64,000 nt of DNA. Origin: Candidatus Latescibacterota bacterium. Lineage in GTDB: Bacteria > Latescibacterota > UBA2968. The notes under the pieces are model-generated. The model was not told the DNA's origin. It saw only the letters and a list, made by a program, of their open reading frames with translations, and did not search any database. The stretch covers positions 2,880,001 through 2,944,000 of the forward strand of contig OZ244960.1 in NCBI GenBank assembly GCA_965222605.1, written 5' to 3'. This document shows, in pieces, positions 21,131-31,832 of the stretch (position 1 is its first letter; each line of letters starts with the position of its first letter). The translations under genes were made by a program, and so were the position numbers.

Positions 21131-21172
21131 TCATTATTAACTATACACGCGAGCAAAGTAAAAGTTTTAAAT

Positions 21173-21216
21173 AAAAAAGAATAGGCCACATCGGGCGAAC
21201 CCGTTTGTGGCCTATT
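21173..21216 (-). terminator. Rho-independent terminator after the sigma factor
   Basis: ataggccaca...tgtggcctat stem, with an A-run on + (U-tract on -). Confidence 0.75.
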
Positions 21217-21232
21217 GGGATAGCGGTCCGTG

Positions 21233-22090
21233 TTAATGCAAATAAGATTTCAGCGGACGGCTGCGCGAGGTATGTCGCAATCGCCGAAGTGCTTTCTCTT
21301 TAATCTGACGCACGCGCTCTCGAGTCAATCCAAAACGTTCACCAATTTCTTCGAGGGTAAGTGGCTGTTCGCGATTGATGCCAAAATAAAGTGTAATGAC
21401 TTCGGCTTCACGAGGGGTAAGGGTAGCGAGGGCTTTTTCTATTTCTCGTCTGAGTGCATCATCGAGAAGTGGATCGTCGGGTGGGGGTTGCATGCCATCG
21501 TCAAGCACATCGAGCAGGTTGTTGTCTTCGCCATCTTTAAATGGCGCATCCAGAGAAAGATGCCGGCTCGAAATTTTGAGCGTATCGCGCACTTCGAAAT
21601 CATTCATGCCGAGTTCATCGGCAATTTCACCCGGGCTGGGTTCGCGTCCATACTCCTGTTCGAGACCACTCGATGCCTTGCCGATTTTGTGGAGCGCGCC
21701 AACGCGATTTAGCGGCAAGCGAACAATGCGAGATTGCTCGGCCAGAGCCTGTAAAATCGCCTGTCGGATCCACCACACGGCATAAGAAATAAATTTGAAA
21801 CCCTTAGTTTCATCAAAACGCTTGGCGGCTTTGATGAGTCCAAGATTCCCTTCGTTGATCAGGTCACCCATCGAAAGGCCCTGATTCTGGTATTGTTTGG
21901 CGACGCTTACCACAAATCTCAGGTTGGCTGTGGTCAATTCTTCCAGGGCTCCTTGATCGCCCTTTTTTATTCGTTTGGCCAGCACGACTTCCTGATCTGC
22001 CGTAAGCAACGCGACTTCGCCTATTTCCTGCAAATACTGATCCAGTGATTCGTCTTCACGAGCATAAGGTCTTTTAGATAGTCTTGGCAC
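21233..22090 (-). CDS. RNA polymerase sigma70 factor, RpoD/SigA family (no region 1.1)
   Basis: [51 protein letters not shown]; GTG start at 22090 after AAGGAGAGG. Confidence 0.93.
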   Translation of the reverse strand: MPRLSKRPYAREDESLDQYLQEIGEVALLTADQEVVLAKRIKKGDQGALEELTTANLRFVVSVAKQYQNQGLSMGDLINEGNLGLIKAAKRFDETKGFKFISYAVWWIRQAILQALAEQSRIVRLPLNRVGALHKIGKASSGLEQEYGREPSPGEIADELGMNDFEVRDTLKISSRHLSLDAPFKDGEDNNLLDVLDDGMQPPPDDPLLDDALRREIEKALATLTPREAEVITLYFGINREQPLTLEEIGERFGLTRERVRQIKEKALRRLRHTSRSRPLKSYLH

Positions 22091-22292
22091 TTCGTCAACC
22101 TCTCCTTCTTTGCACAGGGGATTTGCGCAGGTAGATGACTCCTGCAAGGATAAAGGACAAAGGTCTAAGAAAACAACAAAGGGAGAATTTTACATGAATA
22201 CCTCCTGTCTTTACCCGATTATCAGTGCCAAATCCCTTCCCTTTCTCGACACTGTGACGGGCCTTAACTTCTGGGGTGGGGTGCAGAAGTTT

Positions 22293-22652
22293 CTAAGCTT
22301 CTGTCGTGCTGTCTGCTTCTGTCGTGCTGTCTGCTTCTGTCGTGCTGTCTGCTTCTTGTAATACTTTGAATTGCGCTTCCTGGTTTTGCAATTGATCTTC
22401 GAGCTTGCAAATGGTCGCGATGTGATCTTGAACCGCTTCAGTTTGTGCCTGAATGGCGGCTTCATGATCTTTGAGCTCCTCGTATATTTGTCCGCCAAGT
22501 TCAGTAAATGCATCGTGAATGGCGTGGCGGGTGCGCGCAATGTCAAGACGTGCGCGGCCGAGTTTGCCCAGATACTCGGCTTTTTCCGCTGCTGTGGTCG
22601 CGCCATCGCGAAGACCTTGCTTGATTTTTTCCCAAAGAGTTCCGGTGTTCAT
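22293..22652 (-). CDS. Coiled-coil hypothetical protein with C-terminal tandem repeat
   Basis: ATG 22652 with GGAG RBS; WEKIKQGL helix; ends in (EADSTT)x3. Confidence 0.65.
   Translation of the reverse strand: MNTGTLWEKIKQGLRDGATTAAEKAEYLGKLGRARLDIARTRHAIHDAFTELGGQIYEELKDHEAAIQAQTEAVQDHIATICKLEDQLQNQEAQFKVLQEADSTTEADSTTEADSTTEA
22297..22356. repeat. 18-bp tandem repeat, 3.3 copies
   Basis: gcttctgtcgtgctgtct x3 plus gcttct. Confidence 0.9.
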
Positions 22653-22668
22653 TGTGTTTGCTCCAGCA

Positions 22669-23124
22669 TTACGCGTCGGTTTGATCTCTTTTTGCAGCGC
22701 GAAGTTCGGATAGCAATTGCGCTCGATTTGCGCGTGAAATTTCCCGCCCCTGAATGCTAACGCCCGGCGTTTCACGAGCAATCTGCCGCAGGCGATATAC
22801 TGGCAGTCTTTCGAGATCCGCTTCGTTCGTTTCGCCCGTTTCACCCGTTTTTTTTATCAATCCAAAAACATGGACGAGGTCCTCGTGTGGATTGGGAATC
22901 ACGTGATGTGCCACCAGAGTGCCCACCTGTTGCGCTGCGTGCACCCCTGCTTCGACCGCGGCCTGCACCGCGCCAACATCGCCTAAAACACGAATCGAAA
23001 TAATACCACCTTCTATTTTTTCAACAGCAGATAACTCAACGGCCGCTGCTTTGGTTGCTGCATCGGCCGCTTCGGTAACGCCGACAAAGCCCAGCATTTC
23101 AATGAGTCCGAGGGCAGGTTTCAT
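22669..23124 (-). CDS. Bacterial microcompartment shell protein (BMC-H) with C-terminal extension
   Basis: ALGLIE..G...AADAATKAA, GDVGAVQAAV, HVIPNPH. Confidence 0.9.
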   Translation of the reverse strand: MKPALGLIEMLGFVGVTEAADAATKAAAVELSAVEKIEGGIISIRVLGDVGAVQAAVEAGVHAAQQVGTLVAHHVIPNPHEDLVHVFGLIKKTGETGETNEADLERLPVYRLRQIARETPGVSIQGREISRANRAQLLSELRAAKRDQTDA

Positions 23125-23426
23125 AGATACTTATTTCCAAACAAAGAAAAACGGCTACTCAAACGCCATATGCGTATAGAACAGCCGCTGAACGAATCAA
23201 CTCAACGGTATGTATTTTTGGCAGAGAAAATGAAAACAGTGCTGTAATCCAACGGAAGGTTCATTAGACTTGCCAATCCACTAATGTGTTGATTTATATG
23301 GATACCGCAGAAGTCAAAAGTAACAAATTTAAGGTCGGATGTCACGCATTTTTTTACATATGAAAGTTGTTCTAATGTTATTTATTGTAATATAGTTACA
23401 CAGCTTATAAAGTGTGTCTCCGTAAG

Positions 23427-24869
23427 TCACCAGAGAAAACGGCTGAGTCCTTCAGCCGTACCAAACCAGACATATCTGCCATCTCGAAGAACAACCTGTA
23501 CCCGCGTGTGTGCGAGACCATCGTACATCGTGTAATGTGTCCAGAGGTGGCGCGGCACATCGAGAAGAAAGGCTCCTGCGCCCGTGGCAACCCACACCCC
23601 ATTGCTATCGGCTTCAATTGAGACGCGGTCTCTCCCGCCTATTTCGGTGAGGGGATATTCGCGCCAGGTATTATCTCCCGGGCGGTATCGCACGGCTGCA
23701 GATGGGGCTTCTGTGGCAAGCCACAGATCGTCATTGTACATCGCCAACGCGCGTACCTGGCGTTTGGCAATATTATGGGCTACAGGCCGCCAGGTGCGAT
23801 CCCCTCGGGCACATTGAAAAAGACCGCTTTCGGTGCCTGCCCATATATAATTGGGACCTGCAACCATGGCATGAATAATCGCGTATTCGCTTCCCTGCAC
23901 ATAGTCGAGCGAGTCGGCTTTGATATCCAGCATTGCCAAACCGCGTTCCGATCCGATCCAGAGGATGTCGTTGTCGCGTGCCAGTGCCTGCACCTGTCCC
24001 CAGCGGCGCGTATCGCGATATGTAAACCATTGTCCAGTGCGTCTGTAATACCTCATCAGACCATTGTGAGTGCCAAACCAGACATTTTCTTCACCGGGTA
24101 ATATGGTAACAATCTGGGGATCATCCAGACCGATAATGCGATTGGCTTCAAAATATTCCCACGTATTTGTGGCAGGACGATATCGGGTAATGCCGCGCGC
24201 AGGTGCGCGATAGGTATCCGCGCCCCCAATCCACAAAACATCGCCATCGCGTGCAATAGCAGTGACATTTTCTTCCAGCGGACCATAAGTGAGGAATGAA
24301 AGCTGACCATCGAGGAGTTCGGCCTGCCCAACGCCCAGGCCCCATGTGGCGATCCAGAGGTGGCGCCACGAATCAATCAACACATCTGTAATAGCATAAT
24401 TGCGCCGAGGACCTATGACCTGGCGATCATCGAGATAATAACCAAAAGGCGGAAAAACTGGAGGAATTTGGGAAACTGACCGGGGATTGTGGAGATGTGC
24501 AGGAGGCCTGCCGCCCGGCATGACGCTTTGTACACCGGTGAGCCATCGGCCCACACCCGAGGGCGTTTCAAACCACAGGTCGCCTGTGTCGCTATCATAA
24601 GCAATCCGCTGTACCCGGTTGTCGGGCAGACCATCGCGGGTTGTCAGCGGAGTCAGCCAGGTTTTGGCAAACCGGTCATAGCGGCGAATGCCCCCGGTCG
24701 TCGCCACAAAAATAACTGTCGGACTTTCCACTATTGAAGTGACGTAGTTCATGCTGGTAAAATTTTCCCAGCGATCGCGGTCATAGGCGGATGAAGGAGC
24801 AAAAATTAAGACGGTCAGAAGTGCGATAGAAAATTGCACTGCACGTCGGTGAATAACAAGCTCAAACAT
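23427..24869 (-). CDS. Secreted beta-propeller protein (Reg_prop-like repeats)
   Basis: Repeated W(F/I)GT..GL units, DGLPDN; likely start ATG 24869 overlapping the upstream stop. Confidence 0.7.
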   Translation of the reverse strand: MFELVIHRRAVQFSIALLTVLIFAPSSAYDRDRWENFTSMNYVTSIVESPTVIFVATTGGIRRYDRFAKTWLTPLTTRDGLPDNRVQRIAYDSDTGDLWFETPSGVGRWLTGVQSVMPGGRPPAHLHNPRSVSQIPPVFPPFGYYLDDRQVIGPRRNYAITDVLIDSWRHLWIATWGLGVGQAELLDGQLSFLTYGPLEENVTAIARDGDVLWIGGADTYRAPARGITRYRPATNTWEYFEANRIIGLDDPQIVTILPGEENVWFGTHNGLMRYYRRTGQWFTYRDTRRWGQVQALARDNDILWIGSERGLAMLDIKADSLDYVQGSEYAIIHAMVAGPNYIWAGTESGLFQCARGDRTWRPVAHNIAKRQVRALAMYNDDLWLATEAPSAAVRYRPGDNTWREYPLTEIGGRDRVSIEADSNGVWVATGAGAFLLDVPRHLWTHYTMYDGLAHTRVQVVLRDGRYVWFGTAEGLSRFLW

Positions 24870-26016
24870 TACATGGGACCTCGAACATAACCCTCGCTGC
24901 CTCAAATTCGGGTATAGATGTCTTGCCATTGAGGCTGAGTTCAGACAAGATGCGCCCCGTGAGCGGCCCGAACTTGAAACCGTGCCCTGAAAAGCCCGCC
25001 CCGATGACCACATTGGGATTGTCGGGATGGATATCCAGAATAAAATCCTCAGTGGCCGTATTGGTATAAAGACAGGTTTCCCAACCGAGAAAACGCTCAA
25101 CAGGTGGAACAAATTGCTCTTTAATAAATATGCGAAGATCGTCAATCGCGTCTTCCGGCATCTGCGCGGGCACATCGTCGGGATCATCGTCAACACCGCT
25201 GACAATATGTTTGGCGAGCTTGATCCCATCGCGCCCGAATTGCGGAAGACCGTAATAACTCATATCGCCTTTTCTCAGAAGATAACCCCAGACGGGAAAT
25301 GCGCCGGGTTGAAATAGTTCCTGCGATCCCTCAAGTTGGAAATAACCAACGGTTTGGCGAGACACTGCAACGCGCGATTTGAGAACCGGAAGCAAGCGAG
25401 ACACCCAGGGACCAGCCGTGACGATCAGACGTTCCGTTTCAAAATCTCCCGCAGAGGTCTCGACGCGAATGGGATCGCGGGTGATGTCAACGCGCTCGAC
25501 AGTCGTATTTTCGCGGATTTCCCCATCCTGGTTGCGAATCAGGTCAATAAGAGATTGAACCGTCTGCGCGGCAGCGACAAGCCCGGCCGTGCGGTCATAG
25601 AGAACGCCAGCGGCATTTTTAAAGCGAAAGAGCGGAAAGCGTCTTCGGCCCTCTTCGGGAGTAAGGGGTTCAACATCGACACCGACCTCTGTCACAGCTT
25701 TGGCATAGCTCGTGTATTTCCCCCAAGGTGGACCAAAAAAACAGCCGGGCGTGGGATAGATGAGTTGCTCGTCTGCATCGCGCTCGAGCTGGGGCCACGA
25801 TTCGCCGTGTGCAATTTGCATGAGACGCACATAATGTGCATTCACATAAGCACTGCGGGTAATGCGCGATTCCCCGTGTGAACTGCCCCGGCCATGAGCG
25901 AGTCCAAATTGTTCAATCAGGCCAATATCGCATAAGCCCTGACGCAAGAGATGATAACCTGTACACAGGCCATTGATACCCGCGCCGATGATGAGTGTAT
26001 GATATGTAGAAGACAT
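24862..26016 (-). CDS. FAD-dependent oxidoreductase, sarcosine oxidase / N-methyltryptophan oxidase (SolA-like)
   Basis: IIGAGING, GSSHGESRITR, CLYT, GFSGHGFKFGP. Confidence 0.88.
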   Translation of the reverse strand: MSSTYHTLIIGAGINGLCTGYHLLRQGLCDIGLIEQFGLAHGRGSSHGESRITRSAYVNAHYVRLMQIAHGESWPQLERDADEQLIYPTPGCFFGPPWGKYTSYAKAVTEVGVDVEPLTPEEGRRRFPLFRFKNAAGVLYDRTAGLVAAAQTVQSLIDLIRNQDGEIRENTTVERVDITRDPIRVETSAGDFETERLIVTAGPWVSRLLPVLKSRVAVSRQTVGYFQLEGSQELFQPGAFPVWGYLLRKGDMSYYGLPQFGRDGIKLAKHIVSGVDDDPDDVPAQMPEDAIDDLRIFIKEQFVPPVERFLGWETCLYTNTATEDFILDIHPDNPNVVIGAGFSGHGFKFGPLTGRILSELSLNGKTSIPEFEAARVMFEVPCNV

Positions 26017-26048
26017 AGTAGTTAGCCATTAGTGGTTAGCAAAAACTT

Positions 26049-26126
26049 CCTGGATCGCGGCTCAACATCATGCCGCGATGACAAAGGCACTCGTCACGCC
26101 TGCATGCCTTAAGCAGGCGTCCAGGA
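26049..26126. repeat. CGTC-type REP-like inverted doublet
   Basis: cctggatcgcggc...gccgcgatgac and gtcacgcctgc...gcaggcgtccagg; related unit at 42202-42234. Confidence 0.6.
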
Positions 26127-26326
26127 GGGAGGTGCTTTTAACTCTTACCGCACAAATATAGCGAAACCCGCAATGCGTTTCCAGCGTGAAATAACATCAG
26201 GTGAGCGTGACACAACTGCCATTATGACGGGGATCGGGTAGCAAAATCGGCAACTATCGGATTAAATATTGGAACAAAAATTGGTATTTTGTTGTAAATA
26301 AAGTAATTAGCTGAATTCATGCTTTC

Positions 26327-26342
26327 AGGCACGGATATTGCT
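26327..26342 (+). promoter_or_regulatory. Putative sigma54 promoter of lon
   Basis: aGGCACggataTTGCt gives GG-N10-GC, ~50 bp upstream of the ATG. Confidence 0.6.
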
Positions 26343-26390
26343 TAAAATAATGCAAAGTTAAAATACCACCATTCCAAGGAGCATATAATC

Positions 26391-28793
26391 ATGGCAAATG
26401 ACAACCCCCTGACAAGCGTAAACGCAATCGAAGCGTATAGCATCCCATCCGAATTACCCATGCTGGTGACATCAGACGTGGTGATTTATCCCCTGATGGC
26501 TGCCCCCTTGTTATTAGAAGACGAACGCGCAGTAAAAGCCGCACAAGCGGCAATAGACGCCGGGCACAAGGTACTCGCCATTTTTGGAGAACTGGAAGAA
26601 AGCGATGCCGAGAAAGACATCCGCCGAGAGTCCCTGTATCCGGTAGGCACGGCAATCTACATGGCGCGATCGGCGGAAATGCCCGATGGCCGCATGCAAG
26701 TACTCGTACAGGGCATGGCGCGACTGGCACTCGTAGATGTGTTGCAATCGCAACCTTTTCCCGTGGCGCAAATTGAAAAAATAACATCAGATATAGAACA
26801 CAATACAGAACTGGAAGCCCTATCGCGCAATATATTCGGCCAGTTCAAAAAAGCAGTGGCACTCGCCCCCAATGTACCCAGAGAAGTCGGGGCAGCCTTA
26901 GACGCCCTCTCAGAAATATCCCACAAGGCAGACTTCATCGCCTCACAACTCAATGTGGGTTTTGAAGAGCAACAAAAAATACTAACCGAGCGCAATCTAT
27001 ATCGGCGATTGGAAGCCATCAACCAATTCTTAAATCGCGAAGTCGAAATTTTGGAACTGCGAGAAAAGATCAGTTCGGAAGCCGCGGGATCCATGGAAGA
27101 TGCACAAAAAGAATATTTTTTGCGCCAGCAACTGCGGGCAATTCAAGATGAACTGGGCGAAGGAGAGGATATCGGCGCCGAGATTGAAGAACTGCGCGAA
27201 AAGATCGAAGCCGCTGGCATGTCCAAAGAAGCAAAAACAGAAGCCGAGCGCGAGCTAAAACGCATGGCGCGCATGCCCGAAGCCTCTGCCGAATACACCG
27301 TATCGCGCACCTATCTGGACTGGCTCGTCGAACTTCCGTGGAATAAAAAAACAAGCGACCAATTGGATATTAAAAAAGCCGAGCGCATTTTAAATGCAGA
27401 CCACTATGGGCTGGAAAAACCCAAAGAGCGCATTCTGGAGTACCTGTCTGTGCGCCATTTGAAAGACGACATGCGCGGGCCTATCTTATTGCTGGTTGGA
27501 CCGCCGGGAACGGGCAAAACATCACTGGGCAAATCCGTGGCGCGGGCACTCAACCGCGAATTTGTCAGAATGTCATTGGGCGGCGTGCGCGACGAATCGG
27601 AAATTCGAGGGCATCGCCGCACCTATATCGGCGCATTGCCCGGACGCATCATTCAGGGACTGCGACGCGCCGGCACAAAAAATCCCGTATTTATGCTGGA
27701 TGAGATCGACAAACTCGGCTCAGATTTTCGCGGCGACCCTTCCGCAGCTCTGCTGGAAGTCCTGGATCCGGCGCAAAACAATACCTTTGTGGACCACTAC
27801 CTCGACGTCGCCTTTGACCTGTCTGAGGTCTTATTCCTCGCCACCGCCAATTCACTCCACACAATACCACCGGCACTGATGGACCGGATGGAAGTATTGG
27901 AAGTCTCGGGATATACCGAAGCCGAAAAAATGGAGATCGCGCGTCGGTATCTGGTCAAACGGCAGATTCCAGAACACGGTTTGACCCAAAAAAATGCGTC
28001 GTTCGACAAAGCGGCCCTGCAAGAAGTGATCCAGCACTACACCCGCGAGGCCGGGGTGCGAAATCTGGAGCGCGAAATTGCAACCGTGGCACGCAAAGTA
28101 GCGCGCAAATTTGCTCATGGTCGCAAGCGGCGCGTGCACATTCAACAAAAAAACGTGGCCGAATATCTGGGACCGCAAAAATTCCGCCACGAAGTAGCCG
28201 AAGAAGATCACGAAGTGGGGGTCGCCGCCGGGCTGGCCGTAACATCTACCGGTGGTGATGTATTGTTTGTCGAGGCAACAGTCGTCCCCGGTAAGAGCGA
28301 GTTAAATCTAACCGGGCAGGTTGGCGATATAATGAAGGAATCTGCACAGGCAGCGATGACTTATGTGCGGTCGCGCTGGCATGAACTGGGGCTAAACGCG
28401 CAGTTTAACGAAAACAAAGATGTACACGTTCACGTACCCGCAGGAGCCGTGCCCAAGGATGGCCCCTCGGCAGGCATTACCATGGCAACAGTGCTCGCAT
28501 CGGTATTTACCAATCGGCCAATCCGCAAAGACGTGGCAATGACAGGCGAAATTACACTGCGCGGCAAAGTGCTACCCATCGGCGGCGTGCGCGATAAAGT
28601 CCTGGCAGCACACCGCGCAGGCGCGAAAACAGTGATCTTACCCGAAGAGAACCGCAAAGACGCACACGAAATCCCCGACACAGCGCGCAAAGACATACGT
28701 CTGGTATTTGCTTCGCATATGGATCAAGTTCTGGAAACCGCCCTCATGAAACGCCCCCGCAAACCAATGGTCGATATGGTAAGTATGAATTGA
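26391..28793 (+). CDS. lon: ATP-dependent protease La
   Basis: [33 protein letters not shown] catalytic Ser motif. Confidence 0.97.
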   Translation: MANDNPLTSVNAIEAYSIPSELPMLVTSDVVIYPLMAAPLLLEDERAVKAAQAAIDAGHKVLAIFGELEESDAEKDIRRESLYPVGTAIYMARSAEMPDGRMQVLVQGMARLALVDVLQSQPFPVAQIEKITSDIEHNTELEALSRNIFGQFKKAVALAPNVPREVGAALDALSEISHKADFIASQLNVGFEEQQKILTERNLYRRLEAINQFLNREVEILELREKISSEAAGSMEDAQKEYFLRQQLRAIQDELGEGEDIGAEIEELREKIEAAGMSKEAKTEAERELKRMARMPEASAEYTVSRTYLDWLVELPWNKKTSDQLDIKKAERILNADHYGLEKPKERILEYLSVRHLKDDMRGPILLLVGPPGTGKTSLGKSVARALNREFVRMSLGGVRDESEIRGHRRTYIGALPGRIIQGLRRAGTKNPVFMLDEIDKLGSDFRGDPSAALLEVLDPAQNNTFVDHYLDVAFDLSEVLFLATANSLHTIPPALMDRMEVLEVSGYTEAEKMEIARRYLVKRQIPEHGLTQKNASFDKAALQEVIQHYTREAGVRNLEREIATVARKVARKFAHGRKRRVHIQQKNVAEYLGPQKFRHEVAEEDHEVGVAAGLAVTSTGGDVLFVEATVVPGKSELNLTGQVGDIMKESAQAAMTYVRSRWHELGLNAQFNENKDVHVHVPAGAVPKDGPSAGITMATVLASVFTNRPIRKDVAMTGEITLRGKVLPIGGVRDKVLAAHRAGAKTVILPEENRKDAHEIPDTARKDIRLVFASHMDQVLETALMKRPRKPMVDMVSMN

Positions 28794-28797
28794 TCTC

Positions 28798-29289
28798 TCA
28801 CGTCTCAAAATACTCAACAAATTTCTCAAAAACAGGTTCCGGAACATAGCGTCTCACAACATCTTGCCAGCCATCGGGACCCACCAGCCCTTTGATAAAG
28901 CTGGAACTGATTTCGGCAATCTCTCGCGGGGGCATCAAAAAGATGGTCGCAATAGTATCGTCGAGGTCGCTATTGATATAGCGCATCCTGCGTTCAAACT
29001 CATAGTCGCTTTGCGTGCGAATACCCCGCACAATATAACCCGCTCCAATACCGCGTGCGTAATTGACCAGGAATTGATTTTCGTAACTGGAGACCGTGAC
29101 ATTATCGAACTGCGATGTGGTTTCACAAAGCAGATCGAGCCGTTCCTCAAGTGAAAACGTATAGTCTTTGTCCGGATTAATCCCAATGGCGACAACGAGT
29201 TGATCGAAAAGCCGCGCAGCCTCCTGAATAACCCACAGGTGACCGTGAGTAACGGGATCAAAGCTGGCGGCATAAACGGCTTTTTTCAT
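28798..29289 (-). CDS. coaD: Phosphopantetheine adenylyltransferase
   Basis: SFDPVTHGH (HxGH), IVRGIR..DYEFE, ISSS. Confidence 0.93.
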   Translation of the reverse strand: MKKAVYAASFDPVTHGHLWVIQEAARLFDQLVVAIGINPDKDYTFSLEERLDLLCETTSQFDNVTVSSYENQFLVNYARGIGAGYIVRGIRTQSDYEFERRMRYINSDLDDTIATIFLMPPREIAEISSSFIKGLVGPDGWQDVVRRYVPEPVFEKFVEYFET

Positions 29290-29306
29290 AAAAATCCCCT
29301 CCATCC

Positions 29307-30761
29307 TCATTGAGATCGGACCGTGAAGCGATCTTCATTGAGTAAGTTGCCATCCACTCCAAAATGGCGGAAAATGAGAACGGGAATATTGTTTTCGCGC
29401 TCCACCACGCCTTCCAGAAAACCACCAATGACATTGAGATAGCGGTGCTCCGGCAGGCGCTTATCATTGGACCATCCGCCGGCGTGTCCATCGCTGGCAG
29501 GCCCACAGGAATATTCTCGCACACCTGTTTCTCCATCAACAGAGACGTATTGCCAGTGTCGGTCACCGCAAACAACGACCATATTTTTTTGCTCGGCGAT
29601 AAACTGGCGCAATTCATCCCCTTCATGAGTAAACCCCTCGTTGGCGTGGTTGTCATTTTTCTTTTCGCGGTCGGGACCAACCACTGGCGTAGGACTGATG
29701 AGAATGCGGAACGCGGCATCGGAAGCCCGCACAGTCTCTTTGAACCAGGCCTTTTGCTCTTTTCCCCAGATGGTCTTTTCAGGACCATCTGCCATCGGGT
29801 TGGAACTTCGAAAATCGCGGCCCTCAACCATCCAGATCTGCAAATCTTTTCCCCAACGGACCGTTCGATACGTGCGGTCGCCCATCCCAACCTGCTCCCG
29901 GAAAACAGCCAGACCCTGCTCAAACGTAAATTCGCCCATGAATAGTGTCTGTTGACCAGGCCAACAATCGTTCATCCATGTATCGTGATCGTCCTTAATA
30001 AAATAACTGGCGACCTCCCGGTGGAATGCGACATTGGTCGGCAGGCTGTACATCCGCGCCCAGTGCCAACGCGCCAGAGGCAGGGTTTTCGCTCGGCTGT
30101 CGTAATAGACGATATCGCCCGTGTGCACAAAGAAATCGGGATCGCGCTTTAATATACTCGCGTAAATGCGATAGCCCCCCTCAGGTGCGTCTTGATCGCC
30201 ATAAGCTTGACCCGTGGAAACGTGAAAAACAACACGGGCAGATCGATCTTTGGAAGGCGCCGTGCGGAAACGCCCCGAGACCGTTTGCCCATCTGTCTCT
30301 GCGCGAGACTGCATCTCAATTTGATAGCTCGTACCGGGCTTTAGATCAATCAGCTTAATTTGCCGCGTAAAATCGCGATCGGGATCCACAGGTTGCCAGG
30401 GCGTACTCTTCCAGTCGTCAGACTTTTCAATAGCATACCGCACGCGCACATCCCCCAGCGTACCGGAAACCGCGCCCTCAATCGTGTGGATATCGGCATT
30501 ATCGGAAAATAGAACAACGGGTTTCAGACTGCGTCGGCCCCTGCGCGGTTCCAACTCGCCCGTTTCGGGATTTCGATAGCGCACAGTGGGCTTGGGATGG
30601 CTTTTGTCCATCCGTTGGGAATTCTTGGTCAAACGCGCCCAGACAATAGCACTGGTCTGATCCACTTCACAAATTTTAATCCCCGTTGCCTGATAAGGAC
30701 CGCTACCATAGCTATTGGCAAACAGTGCCAATATACAAAAACCAATAAATAGCGTCTTCAT
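29307..30761 (-). CDS. Alkaline phosphatase D (PhoD) family metallophosphoesterase
   Basis: [20 protein letters not shown]; signal peptide. Confidence 0.8.
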   Translation of the reverse strand: MKTLFIGFCILALFANSYGSGPYQATGIKICEVDQTSAIVWARLTKNSQRMDKSHPKPTVRYRNPETGELEPRRGRRSLKPVVLFSDNADIHTIEGAVSGTLGDVRVRYAIEKSDDWKSTPWQPVDPDRDFTRQIKLIDLKPGTSYQIEMQSRAETDGQTVSGRFRTAPSKDRSARVVFHVSTGQAYGDQDAPEGGYRIYASILKRDPDFFVHTGDIVYYDSRAKTLPLARWHWARMYSLPTNVAFHREVASYFIKDDHDTWMNDCWPGQQTLFMGEFTFEQGLAVFREQVGMGDRTYRTVRWGKDLQIWMVEGRDFRSSNPMADGPEKTIWGKEQKAWFKETVRASDAAFRILISPTPVVGPDREKKNDNHANEGFTHEGDELRQFIAEQKNMVVVCGDRHWQYVSVDGETGVREYSCGPASDGHAGGWSNDKRLPEHRYLNVIGGFLEGVVERENNIPVLIFRHFGVDGNLLNEDRFTVRSQ

Positions 30762-31052
30762 GCTTTTTCTCCTGTGAATTACCTCGCTGCCTGAGACAAC
30801 GTATCCATTGCCCTTTGAACACCTGATGGTTCAATAAGCACCGTAGCATCGGATACGCGATGGCGTTTGCGGCCTACGGTAAGCGTCGGCAAAACACCTG
30901 ACCTGCGGCAATGCCCTAAACGAACGCGGATGCGCGGTTGGGCGTGGATGACTCTCATAAAATGGACTCATAATTTTTGGTGATCACTCAGGTAGCGCTT
31001 GACATAATAATCGGCACATAGAAGTAATACAAGAAGGAAATAAAGTCCCACA

Positions 31053-31081
31053 TTGACCAGCCATATCGATTGTGGTATATT
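31053..31081 (+). promoter_or_regulatory. Sigma70 promoter immediately before ATG 31088
   Basis: TTGACC, 17 bp spacer, TGgTATATT (extended -10). Confidence 0.6.
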
Positions 31082-31087
31082 TTTTTT

Positions 31088-31333
31088 ATGAAAGTCCAGA
31101 AATTCACTCTGATTATCGCGCCCGATCCGACAGAAGAAGAAGCAGATAAACTCTACAGCATTATTGACGATGGGACACTTGCCACTATCGCCGATATTCC
31201 TCAAATTCATTTTCATCGAGAAGCGACAACAATGGATAGTGCAATTCGGTCAGCAATAGCCGATGTGACGTCTCTAGGTCTGGATGTTCTGCGTGTTGAA
31301 ATTGAGCCAGAAGCTATCGCGTCACTGGCATAA
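31088..31333 (+). CDS. Small hypothetical protein, HicB-like/antitoxin-like
   Basis: FTLI..., FHREATTMDSAIRSAIADV pattern; no toxin partner. Confidence 0.55.
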   Translation: MKVQKFTLIIAPDPTEEEADKLYSIIDDGTLATIADIPQIHFHREATTMDSAIRSAIADVTSLGLDVLRVEIEPEAIASLA

Positions 31334-31349
31334 AAATAGAGAGAATAGC

Positions 31350-31382
31350 AAAAGCCGATGTCTGAGAGACATCGGCTTTTTT
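31350..31382. terminator. Bidirectional terminator
   Basis: aaaagccgatgtct gag agacatcggctttt between convergent genes. Confidence 0.85.
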
Positions 31383-31404
31383 ATTTTTGGGCATCGCGCA
31401 AATC

Positions 31405-31818
31405 TTACTGCGTCTGGTACATCACAAAATCACTATCGGGAGAGACAGCCTTCAGAAGTTGGTCGAATTTTTCGAGCGTAGGCACTGACGTGCCCTGTTC
31501 GTAACGCGCATAAGCATTGCGGGATTGGACACCGAGGCGTTGGGCAACTTCAGATAATGACAGACCGCTTTTTTCGCGCTGTCGGCGGAGCATAAGGCTA
31601 ATCATTGCGCGTGTATCCGAAGAACTGACTTCGAAAGTGCCGTGTTTTACAGGATGAACTTCGACTGAAAATTCTGGGCGATTGATCAGCGTCTCTATCA
31701 GATCTTTGACCATAACACATGCTTCTTTTTTCGTATATCCCTGAGTCATAGCGTCGAGCATTGGGATTTCCGCAAGCCAAAATTTTCCATCCTTATAAAC
31801 TTTACCTTGAAATCGCAT
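31405..31818 (-). CDS. HicB-like antitoxin fused to XRE HTH
   Basis: WLAEIPMLDAMTQG.TKKEA (HicB-like) plus GLSLSEVAQRLG..YARYEQG..P; no hicA adjacent. Confidence 0.75.
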   Translation of the reverse strand: MRFQGKVYKDGKFWLAEIPMLDAMTQGYTKKEACVMVKDLIETLINRPEFSVEVHPVKHGTFEVSSSDTRAMISLMLRRQREKSGLSLSEVAQRLGVQSRNAYARYEQGTSVPTLEKFDQLLKAVSPDSDFVMYQTQ

Positions 31819-31832
31819 GTTAATTTCTCTTT

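Noticed and set aside
24870-25229. N-terminal extension of the 600-aa propeller ORF
   Set aside because: Lies inside the solA-like gene in another frame; the real start is probably 24869.
30778-30957. 59-aa minus-strand ORF upstream of the PhoD gene
   Set aside because: No RBS or motif; cannot be distinguished from chance.
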